DNA from: Zootoca vivipara
Lineage: Eukaryota
Assembly: GCF_963506605.1 (NCBI RefSeq)
Contig: NC_083276.1
Coordinates: forward strand, 124,558,001-124,622,000
Length of the DNA: 64,000 nucleotides
Direction of reading: 5' to 3'
A program made the translations under genes and the position numbers. The notes beneath the pieces are model-generated. The model was given only the letters and a program-made list of their open reading frames with translations. It did no database searches and was not told the DNA's origin. Shown here piece by piece: positions 25,901 to 39,344 of this stretch. Numbering within the stretch: position 1 is the stretch's first letter; every line of letters starts with the position of its first letter.

Positions 25901-28900
25901 GTACCACTGTGCTATGCTGAATACAGTCCTATGCATTTAGAGCTGTGATCCTATAGGAAATGAATTGTAAGGATACAACTACTGTTGTTCTAATAGTAGA
26001 TATACAACTACTGATTAGTTTTCTGCTTACTGAGTATATATAATTATTTATTTTTCCAGACCTTGGGATGGGCAGATGCTGGATGAAGCTTGCAGAGCGG
26101 TCCTCAAAGAAATTATTCTCCCAAGTTCAGCTCCAGGTGGTAAAGTGGAGTACAGAAGAACTCTCATTGTTAGTTTCATCTTCAAATTCTACTTGGAGGT
26201 GTTGCAGTCACTGAAGATAATGGTAATTTTGATTTGTATTGATTCCTGTTTTGCAGTTATGTGTGACCAGCCTGATTCATAAACTGTTTAAAGCCCAAAG
26301 TGTTGGGTAAATGACATTAGCATGCCTGCATGCCTACATAATTCAATTCCATCTCTGGGTGGGATTTGAAGGGAGCAGTCTCAGGGTGCGCAGCCTACCA
26401 AGTTATTTTAGAAGCTGTGTCCCGATCTGCCTAGTTGTTATTGTCTTGGGAGTATTTTATTTATAATTATAATTTCTAGAGGTTGGAAAGTATATGTAAT
26501 AGATGTTGAGCCAGGAATTCACTAAACTATATAATGCATTTAGTTTGTTTATATTCCATGCTGCATTTTCTTCTGATATCATTTGGAGGAAGAGGAAGTC
26601 TTGAGACTATGTTTTGCCCCAGGTTACGTCTCTATGGCTCTGCTACTAGATCAGACCAAAGGCCCCTCTACGTCTGACACCCTCTTCTCACAATGACCAA
26701 TGAGGTGCCTATAAAAAGGGAAAACCCACACATGCTTGCACATGTGTGTTGGGTCAGCTGGGGGCAGGAACGATCCACAGGCACAATGCAGGAACAAATC
26801 CAGCCCGTCTCTCCCATCAGCATTCAGCGTGGAGTTCTAGGGAGTTCCGACAGCCCTTCCCGACGATTTATTACAACTCATGTCTTGGAGACACTGAGGA
26901 TATATTCAGAGTCCAGCAGAGACAAAACACAGACGGAGCCAGGCTGAGGTTGTGTACTAAAAGCTACTTTATTAAGCGTAAGGCAGAACAAAAGAAAACA
27001 TGTCTCCTCTCGCTGAGAAGTCCGAAGAAAAATACGAAAGGAAACAGAATACAGCAAACATCGCTCCCGTGATTCCAACAATATTTGCTGGAATGCATTA
27101 CACAGGCATGTGACCTGCACAATTAGAGGAATAGAAACCTAACATCCTCCCCCTTTCTATATATATCACTGGGCAGAGTGTTAGTACAGCCCCAGTTTCT
27201 GTACATAGGTACCGTGTCGTTCCCTGGGAACGACCTTGGACAACAAATCTGCAGGAATCTCAGTTCCTGGCATATAGGACACTGTTACGAGTCCGTTCTG
27301 AACACATTCCCTTGGACATCGTAATTTTAACTGCAAGTGCTTTATGCTTTGCTTACCGTGTTTCTCCAAAAATAAGCCATACCCCGAAAATAAGCCATAC
27401 CCTGAAAATAAGCCACCATGTGTTTTTTTGAGGAAAATAATATAAGACGGTGTCTTATTTTTGGAGAAACACGGTATAACTCTCGGAAGTTAGCAAAGCC
27501 AAACATGTTTTGTTGTCCTGATAAACCTGTATAGGACATGAATTCTCATGTCTTTACACAATTGCAACAACCATTCACAATCCATAATTGAATATGACAG
27601 AGCATTGAGTTCAGCTTCACAAGAACTTAGGCTCACTGTTGTTTGCTTCCTGCATGACCAGTCAAACAGACTCTGGTTGTACATGTAGCAAACTCCAGAT
27701 GTGTGTTTACCATCTGTGGTGTCACTTCCAAAACTTGCATCTGCAAATATTTCAAGACCTCCAGACTTTTGATCAGTGTATCTCAGTCTGTAGTGCATAG
27801 TACCTTTCAGGTTACGTGCTATGCGCTTCAGTGCTTTCCAATCCTTAACTGTAGGTTTGGTAGCGTGTTTGCTCAGCAGATTAGTGCTGACTACAGTATC
27901 AGGTCTTGAACATCTGGCAATGAAGTTTAGTTTGCCTATAACACTTCTGTACAGTGTCATATGCTTCATCGGTATCTTCTACCTGAAAACCTGTTACCAT
28001 TGGTGTATCTACAGGGTTTGCATCAACCAAGTTCAGTTTGGTTAACACATCAGCAATTTTTGTGTGACTGGTGTACCAAAAAGTTACCTTCCTGATCTAT
28101 TTCTATTTCTAGAGAAAGATAGTTGGTCCTTCATGTCAAAGTGCTCCTTCAGTTGAGCTAAGGTGCTTTTGTACAAAGTAGCGTCTTTCCAAAAGAAAAG
28201 AATGTCATCAACATAAAATAAACAATACAGTTTGTTATACCCCTCCTCTTTGACAAAAACACATGGATCAGCTTCCCCATGCTGAAAACCTAGCAAAAAC
28301 AAAGTTTTTGTGAGTTTTGAGTGCCAGCATCGGGTGCTCTGTTTGAGACCATGTAGGGATTTCTTAAGAGAACAGACTAATCCCTGTTTTACCTGTACTC
28401 CGTCAGGTGGGAGCATGTAAATTGATTCACCTGGGGTCCTGTACAAGTGCTGTGTTCACATCATGATGGGAAACCTGCAGTTTCTCCTCTGCAGCAAGTT
28501 TTAGCATAAACCTAAGGCTCTCATACTTCACGGTGGGTGAATAGGTCTCATGATAGTCTTCTGTGAAAAACCTCTTGCAACCAGTCTGGCTTTGTGTCTC
28601 ACTACTTTGCCATTTTGGTCTGTCTTTGTCTTAAAGACCCATTTGCTGCCAAGCAGCTTTATTCCTGGAACTATGGAGACTAGTTCCCATGTCTTGTTCC
28701 TTTCTAAGGAATCAAGTTCAGCCTTCATGGCATTTAACCATGGCTCAGCATCCTTCGAGTCCAAAGATTGGATCCCTTGGAAGCTTGAAGGTTCAAAAAC
28801 CTTCTTTGAGCTTCTAACAACAGCTGTATCTGTTTTGGCTGTTTTAACATCAAAGTGCCCCTAGCTTTGGAATCCTTTGCCTCCCATTCCAGTGTAATAG

Positions 28901-30243
28901 GCGCAGTAAAAGAGCCCTTTTACACTAAAGAGGCCTTCCTTGCGTAAAAGAGCCTCAGTATAAAGAACCCAATTGTAGTATCCAGTTTGGGAATCACCAA
29001 AGCATTGTGTATCAGCTCCATGACCCTGCCCTTGGCTCCAGCCATGGACGATTCGACACAGTTCCTTATCAGGCAGCTGTGAAACGAAACATCCTGCCAA
29101 AGGCTCTTGCTGCTGGCCGGTTAGTGCCTTTTTCTTTTCTTTTTTGGATTCTGTCCCTTTTTGCAGGGAACGTGGTATAGTATATTTTTAAACGTTCAAA
29201 AACTTATTTAACTGAATTACATTGAATTGTGTATGGGGAGGTGCGTGTCTGTGTGCATGTTAACTTTAGAAATGGGTTTTAATTACATGTTCCCTTTTTT
29301 AAAAAATGTGACAAATCATCTTCTTACAGTATCCTACTCAGTATCCTGATGTCCCAGATAATTATGCAAGTGCCCTTGAAAGTTTCCATACAAAAATGCC
29401 ACAGAGTATGCAAAAGTATCAGGTGAGTAGAATTACTTTAGTACTACTCTATTACACAGAACGCATTATTTCAAAACTGATTTTGAGGGTTTTTTGTAAT
29501 ATCAGGCTTTAACTTCTCTAAGTGTTAAGCTATTGCTGCCTGCTTAGAATTCAGTCCTTGTTATCTTAGCTTTCTTTGTCAGATCAGTGAGCTTTGTTCG
29601 ATTAGTGAGCTATTTCCAAGGTAGAATGAGAGGTGTTCCAGAAAGTCATTGATTTCAGCTTTTTTAGTCTATATACTGAAGGACTACGGAAGCTAAGGGA
29701 AACACAGTCTACCTTCATGCTAGTTAGAAGTCTCATTCACTTGCGTGTTATGGTAAAAGTATTAGGTAAAAGTTTGGCACTAGCTTGACTGAAAGTGTTG
29801 AACTAAAACATAGTGTGGATAAGCCTTGATTTCTCTTCCTTACAGTTTAGGATGCAGTTTATTATCTCAATTGTGATTACAATTTTTTTGGGGGGGGGGG
29901 AGTGGATTGTAGAAAGGAGAAATAGTTGGCATTAAAAAGAAAAAAAAGCTAAAGCAATGGGTCGTCTTGACTTTCTTGAATTTGATTTGTGGTTTCCTTT
30001 TCTTTCTTTCTTTTTTAATTAAAAAGGATGTGGAGCCAGGACAGCTTCCCCAAGATCCCGTAGGACGTCCAATCATGCACCAGGCTGGTACTAAACACGC
30101 CACAGGGGAAGCTATTTATTGTGATGACATTCGCGCCGTTGATGAAGAACTCTTCTTGGCTTTAGTAACCAGTTCCAAACCCCATGCAAAGATTGTGTAT
30201 GTGCCGCAGTATAGAAAACTATATCTATCTATCATCTATCTAT

Positions 30244-30294
<51 letters not shown>

Positions 30295-33200
30295 CGCCAG
30301 AGAAGAAGAAGTGTGTATGTGCCACCTGCCCCTTCTTGGATCACTGTGAAGGGACTTGAATAACTCCAAGAAGCTATGAGCTATGTGCCGTGCAGGGCCA
30401 CCCAAGATGGATAGGTCATAGCCAAGAGTTTAGGCTAAATGTGATCCACCTGGAGAAGGAACTGGGAAACTACTCCAGTATTTTGCCAGGTAAACTCCAT
30501 GGACATAAAAAAGGAGAAGCTTTGAGAAGAAAGTGAGAGTTTCCAAGGCATGCTCTGGTTCATGGGGTCACGGAGAGTCAAACATGACTAAGACAACTAA
30601 ACAACAACAATATGCCACCTGATCTTGTAAGATGGTGTATAACAATAAATTCAAGTACAATATAACGGAAAGCACTGTAAAAGTAATACGAAATAAGTAT
30701 GATGTGGCATGTAATAGCTGCATGTAACTCGAATATGAGGGAGGTACAGAGTACTGTCACCTCCTTTGCTTCTCCCCCCCCCCCAGTTTCCTTACCAGCG
30801 CTGTCTCCATTTCAGTGTCAAAGTGACACATCCCACTGCTTCCCCACCCAAGTCCCATAGCCCCTTTAGTCTTCACCAGCCCAATGTCCCCTTGGCCCAT
30901 CTCATCCTCATTCTGCCATGTACCTCCTTTTCTCCCCACCTTTGTCCCAGCAATCTGTGAATAACTGTTTCTGGTCTTACTGTTAGTTAACTTGCTTGCA
31001 CTGCTTCTTGCAGATCAGTTGATCCTTCAGAAGCTCTCAAGGTGTCAGGTGTAGTTGATATCGTTTCTGTTCAGGATGTCCCAGCGACTAATGAGTTCTA
31101 TAACTATGATGTCCCAGATATTGTGTTTGCCAGAGAAAAGGTATGCCACGTTTAATCATCAACAGTTCATTGTTGTTTAACTATTTATTTTAATTTTGTT
31201 TAAATAAGAATCGACTCATTCTCCATTATATATATACTTGTTTTTTGTTTGAATCTTTTTTCTGTTGCATTATTATTTAAGTGTTCACTGATTTGTCTCA
31301 CTTTTTATCTCCGTTTCCCTATAATATTCCCCTGCCAAGAACAGTGTGACAGTTTATTGACTGGGCTTCATTCACAGAGTACATTTTCACACTGTCTCTC
31401 AGTTCATGCCTGGCTAATGAAAGTAAAGTGTGGAACAATTGGGAAAAGTGCATCTTTCAACTAGCTCCTGAAATTATGCAGATCTCACAGTTTGGTTTGT
31501 GCACCAGTGTGCAACCAGCAAACCACTGACTTGCTATGTTAATTATGCAACTTAGTTGTGCATCAGTGTGGAGCCAATATTGAACCAACTTAAATATTTG
31601 TGCAGAGGCTTAGGATACACACTTTTTATATAAAAAAGAGATAACTTTGTATATATATGTACAGTAACCCCACTATTTCTGCAGGGGTTACATTCTGGGG
31701 ATAACGACTGAAAGCAAAAGCATGTATAGTCTAACACACTGGGGACTCAGCGATACAGCTGCAAATGAGACTGTTTTAAGTGCAATATACAATGTGACAC
31801 TAAATGGGGATGGTGAGCCTTATAGAATTTTTTTATTTTTAATAAAATATTTAATATTTTTAAAATTTATATTTTTAAAAATGCTTTTTTAAAAAGCATT
31901 TTCAGAATGGTTTTTATGTGTGTGTGGATTCCACCTGGGTTCAATGGCAGGTGGGATCGCCAAAGTCATTTCCCCTCCCTAGAATTCTGCGCCCTTTTTA
32001 TTTTTAAAATTACCACATGGGTAAAGCTGAATGCACACTAGTTAAATGTGTGTAAGCTGTGGGCTTTCTGCAGTTTCATCACCTTTCTGTGGAATATGTG
32101 TGTCCAAAAGTTAAGGCACTGGTTTTCTCTGGTTTTCAGGTGACTTGTGTGGGTCAGATTGTCTGTGCAGTGGTAGCAGATTCAGATGTTCATGCTAAAC
32201 AAGCAGCTGCAAAAGTGAAAATACAGTATGAACCTCAAGAACCTGTGATCCTGACCATAGAGGTAAGGAACAGCCTTTTCTTAATTGCTGCTGTGATAAA
32301 ATCTATTTATTTGTACTACTAGTTATTTCTATTAAAATTCCAGGTGTCTGGTTCAGTCCACAACCTAGTTAAATCAAATTACATTGATTTAAGATAATCT
32401 AGTCCCATTGTAGGGCTAAGTAGGCTTACAACCAGATATTCAGATTTTATTAATTTCCATATTGGTAGTCAGTCATAACAAAATAACCAAAGAGTCTTGT
32501 GGCACTTTAAGAACCGAGACATCTTATTATGATATAAGCATATTGTGCCCTAAGCTTCATCGCATTTTATGGAGCAAACTTTAGTAAACAAAAGCTTATG
32601 CCATAATTGACTCGGTTAATCTTTCAGGTGTCACAATACTCGTTGTTGCTTCTGATTTTACTGCACCACAGCCTGCCCTGTAAATTGTGTATTTGGGCAT
32701 GTATATATTAAATATTTACAACTCATAAAAGTTTAAATATCATGGCTTTCCCTCAAGGGATGCTGGTAGTTTGTTCAAAATAAACAGGCAGGGTGCTGAA
32801 CTTAGGTGTATGTCTCTTCTGTTGCTGCAGGAGGCAATAGAGCACAATTCATTCTTTGAACCACAGAGAAAACTGGAACGAGGAAATGTGGATGAAGCAT
32901 TTAAAGTCGTCGACCATGTACTTGAAGGTAAATCGCAGCCTGCTGATTCAAAACCTTACTGTGAAAGCCACACCCCACCATTTGCAGCAGGTGTGGGGAA
33001 CATTTGGCCCTCCAGATGTTGCTGAACTGAGACTCCCATCAGCCACAGCAAGCAATGCAAATGATGATGGGAGCTGGAAGTTCAGCAACACCTGGAAATC
33101 TAAAGGCTCCTTGTACCTGATTTACGCCCCACTCGTCAGTGCACTTGGACTGAACACAATACAAATCCATGCCTCTCAAACGAGTGAATATAGTTAATGC

Positions 33201-35191
33201 ACCATATAATGTCAGAAACAGCTATTTGTTTGATTTGAATATATACCTCCTAGGAATGCAGGTGCTTAACCCTAATTCTCACACAGGCAATAATTTGTAA
33301 CTTCTGCATATAGGCAAACCTTTAAAGGCACACCTGATTAGTTGTGCCTCAAAATTTCTGCCATAGAGAAGTGCAACATCTGCATCCTTTCTTACTGGTG
33401 CCCTTGATACTAGGCGGTTTGAGGCTTGGCATTTCTAAGATTGCAAAAATGAACATTTGTCTACAATTATGCTCAATGCAATGCAGTGTGGCTTTTCACC
33501 CACTTTCTTCCCAGTCTCAAGAAAGCCAGGCTGCACACTTTTGGATGTACTGATTTAAGATGTTCTGTTTTTGAAATAGGCGAGATCCATGTTGGCGGAC
33601 AGGAGCACTTTTATTTGGAAACTCAGAGCATACTTGCTGTTCCAACAGAGGATAAAGAAATGAACTTGTTTGTGTCCACCCAGCATCCAGCATTTGTACA
33701 GGTTAAGAGAGCTATCTCATAACATGTTGCACAAGTGACAGCCACGTTCTCTGTGTCTTAAAGCCCGACATTTATTGGGCTCAGCATATCACTTCCTCTC
33801 TTATGGGCTCATACTGATATTTTGCTGCTACCTGGAAATCAGGATGCTAGCCTGGAGAGGAGCTGCAGAATCGGCTCCTTCTTACACCTGGTTCTGGGCT
33901 TCTAACATTTTGTGAAGGAAGAGCAACTTCTGCATCACCAGTCTAAAGCAGCAAAGAAACCGCTGTTGTGCCATTGCTTTTTTCATCATGAAACCCTAAA
34001 GGATCAAATCAGATCAAGGCTGGAATCGAGAAAGGCATACTTGATAGCGCCCTATTACTCTGCAACACCTATTGCCCCTGGAGAGTTGCAAAAGGCTAAG
34101 CCTGAGTAACTTTCAGCTTTCCGCCACCCCCCATCCCCTTCCGCAGTTAAGATTGGCATCTGATGATGATTAAAGATATGGGAGGCCTGGGCTTAAGGAT
34201 TTGACATTTTATCTGTGTCACTGAGCTTAGCTATTCTGCAGCACAGAGTAGTGGTTACGAGAACAAGCTGTGAGCCTGCTCAGGACTTGCCTTACTCATG
34301 AACTTGCTTTGTGGCTTTAGGCAAGCCTCTCGCACTCACCCTCAGCCCCCCTCCTGCCTCACAGTAATTGTGAGATGATAACACTGGCCTACTTTCCATG
34401 GTGGTTCAAATGGTGTTGAGACCCCCATTGTGGTGCACATGCCACCATATCACCCTCAGACATTCTCCTTGGCACCTTCTAAGGCCTCCTGACCCTGCCA
34501 ATTAATTTACTACTGTATTGTTTGATTGAGGGTTTGAAAGGTGTTTTTGTTGGCAGGAAGGAACTGTTGGTTGCCTGCTTGCTTCTTCTTTTGCCTATGT
34601 TTTATTGGAGGGGTAGTTGTTTTGCCTTTGAGGGTGTTCTGAGCACTGCCAATTTTTCTTCTGTGAAATGGGTATTTTGTGGCATCCACAGCAATTTATT
34701 GAATTCCAAACAAGCCCCCAAACCCTGACTCTTAAAAGCTTGGGGACTTCTGGATCATTGTTGGTAAATTGCTTTCCGCAGGTAGGAAACAATAGACTCA
34801 CATAAGCCTTCAGCTATGATTAATTTGCATTTATACCAAAGCTAGTGCCTTACCTGATTCTGTTAATGTTCAGCCACTTTTTGAGAAGATTTAGGAGAAA
34901 AACAACAACCAGCCTCTGAAGTATTTCTGTTGGTCCAAGATTTAGAAAGGGGTTTTTTTTTGTTTTTTTTACTGTACTTTTTTAACCTATGTGTTATCCC
35001 AAATTTGAGACACCTCTGATTGTACCGGCATAATAAAATATTTGCTTTTGTGCAGGAAATGGTGGCCTCCTGTTTAGGCATCTCAAGCAATAGGATCATG
35101 TGTCATGTGAAACGAATTGGAGGGGCTTTTGGTGGAAAACTGTTGAAAACAAGTCTTCTGGCATGTGTTGCTGCTGTGGCAGCTAAGAAGT

Positions 35192-35252
<61 letters not shown>

Positions 35253-38200
35253 ATAGCTCATGAAGTTGTCTGTCAAAGCAGTGGAATTGGAGGGGATGGG
35301 AAATGAAATAATGAATAAGGCGGGTGAAACATCCATTCCATTTTCAGATGCTATTTGAAACACAGTCCCAGCTCCTGCCAACCTAGCAGTTCAAAAGCAT
35401 GTCAAGTGCAAGTAGATAAATAGGTACCGCTACAGTGGGAAGGTAAACGGTGTTTCCATGTGCTGCTCTGATTCGCCAGAAGCAGCTTTGTCATGCTGGC
35501 CACATGACCTGGAAGCTGTACGCCGGCTCCCTCGGCCAATAACGCAAGATGAGCGCGGCAAACCCAGAGTCGGTCACGACTGGACCTAATGGTCAGGGGT
35601 CCCTTTACCTTAATTGAAACACAGTCAACAAGCTTTTATCTGAAGAAGTGTGCATGCACACGAAAGCTCATACCAAAATAAAAACTTAGTTGGTCTTTAA
35701 GGTGCTACTGAAGGAATTTTTTTATTTTAACAAGCTTTTAGAAATTGAACTTATCTATTTTGATACTTAAAGTAGTACTGGATGGATTTAAATGCGAGGA
35801 AGGAATTGTCATAAAACTCTTGGCAAATGTAGAGGAGGTATATATGATTTGCCATACTGTGATGAGACCAACAGAGCCTCTGTTGAGGCAGTAGCACCGT
35901 GACTCATTGAAATAGATGACATAATGTCTATTGTAGCCCAAAGCAATGGGCTGTTGTGCAAGTGGTGCATATCTCAAAGAAAGGCTGTGTTTTTGATACA
36001 AAGCCACCATTTCAGATTTTAGTGGCAAGAGATATATTTCACTGGTGCTGAACATACTCAGCTAAGGATCAAAATTAAATTTCAAAAAGCTGTGTATGTT
36101 AAGAGGTTTTGTTGTGAATCCTTTTTCTGTACCTCATAAAATATAGCTGTGTTACCAAGGTGAGATCAATTGCCCTTATTCTTTTTTTAAGCAAGGGGAT
36201 TTATGCTTTTTGCCATACCTCCTAACTACATAGGCCGGGGGTAGCCAGTGTGATGCCTTCCAGAGATTTTGGACTACAATTCCCATCTCCATAAATGATA
36301 GTTAATGTTGGGATTTCACATTGCAAGCCAATGTTGGGGTTTGACATTGCAAGCCTGTTCATGTTTACTGAGAAGGAAGCCACGTTAAGGGACTGGGGCG
36401 TGTTCCCTGATTAAGTTTTTCATTTTGTTAAAAAGATAATATACTTACTAAGCACATTTAATTAAAATGTCTTATCTCCTCTGGATTGCAGCTATGATAA
36501 TAGCTATTCTCTGTGCATGTGCGCTTGGTAAGTGCGAGATCAGTACTGGAACTATTTCCTTAGATGGTAGCATATGAATAAAATGATGAAACATGCTCAA
36601 AGTTGGAAAGACAAGCATCCAAAGGATTACTGATGCATTTAGAATAGAATAGAATAGAATAGAATAGAATAGAATAATTTATTGGTCAAGTATCAACCAT
36701 ACTTGGATTTTGCTTCGACTACATTGCATTGCAATGTAAAGAAAAGAAAAAAGTACCTCATACAACCACTATTCCCCTCACAATACAACAGCACAGTGAA
36801 AAGACCCCATACCACCAACTGGCCTCCCTTCCACCCACAACTACAGATTCAACAATTTGATGGCACAAGGAAAAATGCTATTCCTGTGCCTAGACGTTTT
36901 TGTATATAGAGTCCTGTACCGACGTCTGGATGGGAGTAAATCAAACAAGTGATGGCCAGGATGCGAAGGGTCTACAGCAATTCTCTCCGCTCTCTTCCTG
37001 ACTCGAGTGGCATAAAGTGTCTCTATTGGAGGCAAACTAACACCAATTACCCTCTCTGCAGTTCTTACTGCTCGTTGAAGCCTCTTCTTATCCAGCTTAG
37101 AGGCTGTACCAATACCATACCAGACAGTAATGGAATTACAGAGGACAGTTTCAATAGTACCTCTATAGAATTGGACCAGCGATTAAATTGGGACAGATTA
37201 AATTTCCTTAGTTGTTGCAAGAAATACAATCTCTGGTGTACCTTTTTAATAATAATGTTGATGTTATCTGACCAATTCAATTTTTGAGAGATCATAGAGC
37301 CCAAGAACTTAAAGGTATTCCACACCAGAAACACTATAGAGTTCCTGGGGCAGTTTACAATTTTTTTAAAAAATGCAGTGCAATACAATATGATAGAAAC
37401 TTTGCCGGATTAAAAAGAACAGAATAGTGAAAACAGCAGCAGACTCCAGTAAATACAACCTCAAAGGAGCACAGTAGCTTAAAAGCACAACACCCAGCAG
37501 TTTAAAAAGATAAGCACTTGAACACTCTAAATAACATGGTTTTCTTGGAGCGAAACTAGATGGAATGTTACACACATTGTCTGTCATGAGGTCCCCACGC
37601 CCTTTTAAATAGCAGCTGGCAGAGAGCGAAGCTGCTGTTTCTTCCCCGGAGGTGCAAATCTGTAAATATTAGCTGGGCTGGTGCTGGAAAAAGCCACAGG
37701 GAAAGGGGTTAAGCCAAATCACCTCCACACACAATGGATACTATCAAAAAGAAAATGGACCTACAGATGGCAGCAGGCAGATCCACACCATACATTAAAA
37801 GCACATAAAGTGCCCATTTAAAGTGCTTGGCTCTCCCCTCCAAAGAATCCTGGGAGATGTAGTTTGCTAAGGGCACTGAAAGTTGTAGCTCTGTGATGGG
37901 GAAACTTCATTTCCCAGGGTTCTTTGGTGGAAGACTTGCTTTAAATGTGTGTTGAATGTTCTTTAAATATATGGCCCAACATGTTTAACATCACAACTAG
38001 TTTGGTCTTCAGAGTGGTGATAGTATAGCTCCCTTCCCATTAGATCCATTGCCTATAGCTCAAGTATATGGTAGTAGTTTATGTGGTAGCAATTATTATG
38101 AACATGGAGCATGGGTTTGGTTATTCTAGATTAGGCATCCCCAAACTTCGGCCCTCCAGATGTTTTGGACTACAATTCCCATCGTCCCTGACCACTGGTC

Positions 38201-39298
38201 CTGTTAGCTAGGGATCATGGGAGATGTAGGCCAAAACATCTGGAGGGCCGCTGTTTGGGGATGCCTGTTCTAGATGAATAAACATGGATCACATGTGTCT
38301 GTCTGCCATATGATTTGCAGGGCTCCTAAGAAAATGTTAAGCTACATTATCATAAAAGTAGGCGTGAAAGGGGCGTTTTAGGCTTGGTTACATAGAATTC
38401 TTTTTTTACAAACTTAGAAAATAAAACATGCTTCTCAAATATCACAAATTGCACTTNNNNNNNNNNNNNNNNNNNNNNNNNNNNNNNNNNNNNNNNNNNN
38501 NNNNNNNNNNNNNNNNNNNNNNNNNNNNNNNNNNNNNNNNNNNNNNNNNNNNNNNNNNNNNNNNNNNNNNNNNNNNNNNNNNNNNNNNNNNNNNNNNNNN
38601 NNNNNNNNNNNNNCACCACTGGTTTGAACAGCTTGTTTTGAACTTAAAGAGCTTTCTTCTTTTCCTTGCTTCTTTCCTCTGGTATCTCTCACATTCAGCA
38701 GAAACCTGAAATCTGTTTGATGATTACATAAGTATTGCAGTGGCACCCGAGGCAGTAGTTTGAATTGCCTAACAGGTTGGGGCAGCCCTCTTTGTAACAT
38801 GACAGGAGGTGCCCTTTGCCACTATCTACTTAGCTTTTTTTTCCGTTTTCAGGACAGGCCATGCAGTTCGCTGTGTTCTAGACAGAAGCACTGACATGTT
38901 AATCACCGGAGGCCGTCACCCAACCATTGGCAAATATAAAGTAAGCAGCAGAATTAACCTGTGTGTCAGAATTTTTCCCCTGCTTCTCATCTTGCAAATA
39001 ATGTGTACATAGAACAATGCACTTTCATCATTTGTGAACGCCACACATATAGCATGGTGCCTCAGAGGTTGAGCTGTGAAAGTAGAAAGTCACGGGCTCA
39101 TCTTACTAGATGTCCTTCAGTCCTCTTCAAACTTTGTTGGCATTCTTCGTTGCACTCAAGGACCACAGTTATGGAAAAGGTGTCTGCCCACATGTGTTCT
39201 GTCACTCATGTGCAACATACGTCTGCAAATAGCATCTCTCCCATGCGGACAAGAAACTGCAAAGGCATGCTTGTCAGTTGCCTGGAGAAGGGACTGCA

Positions 39299-39344
<46 letters not shown>

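Noticed and set aside
38350-38800. ORFs spanning X runs
   Set aside because: Artefacts of the 157-N assembly gap.
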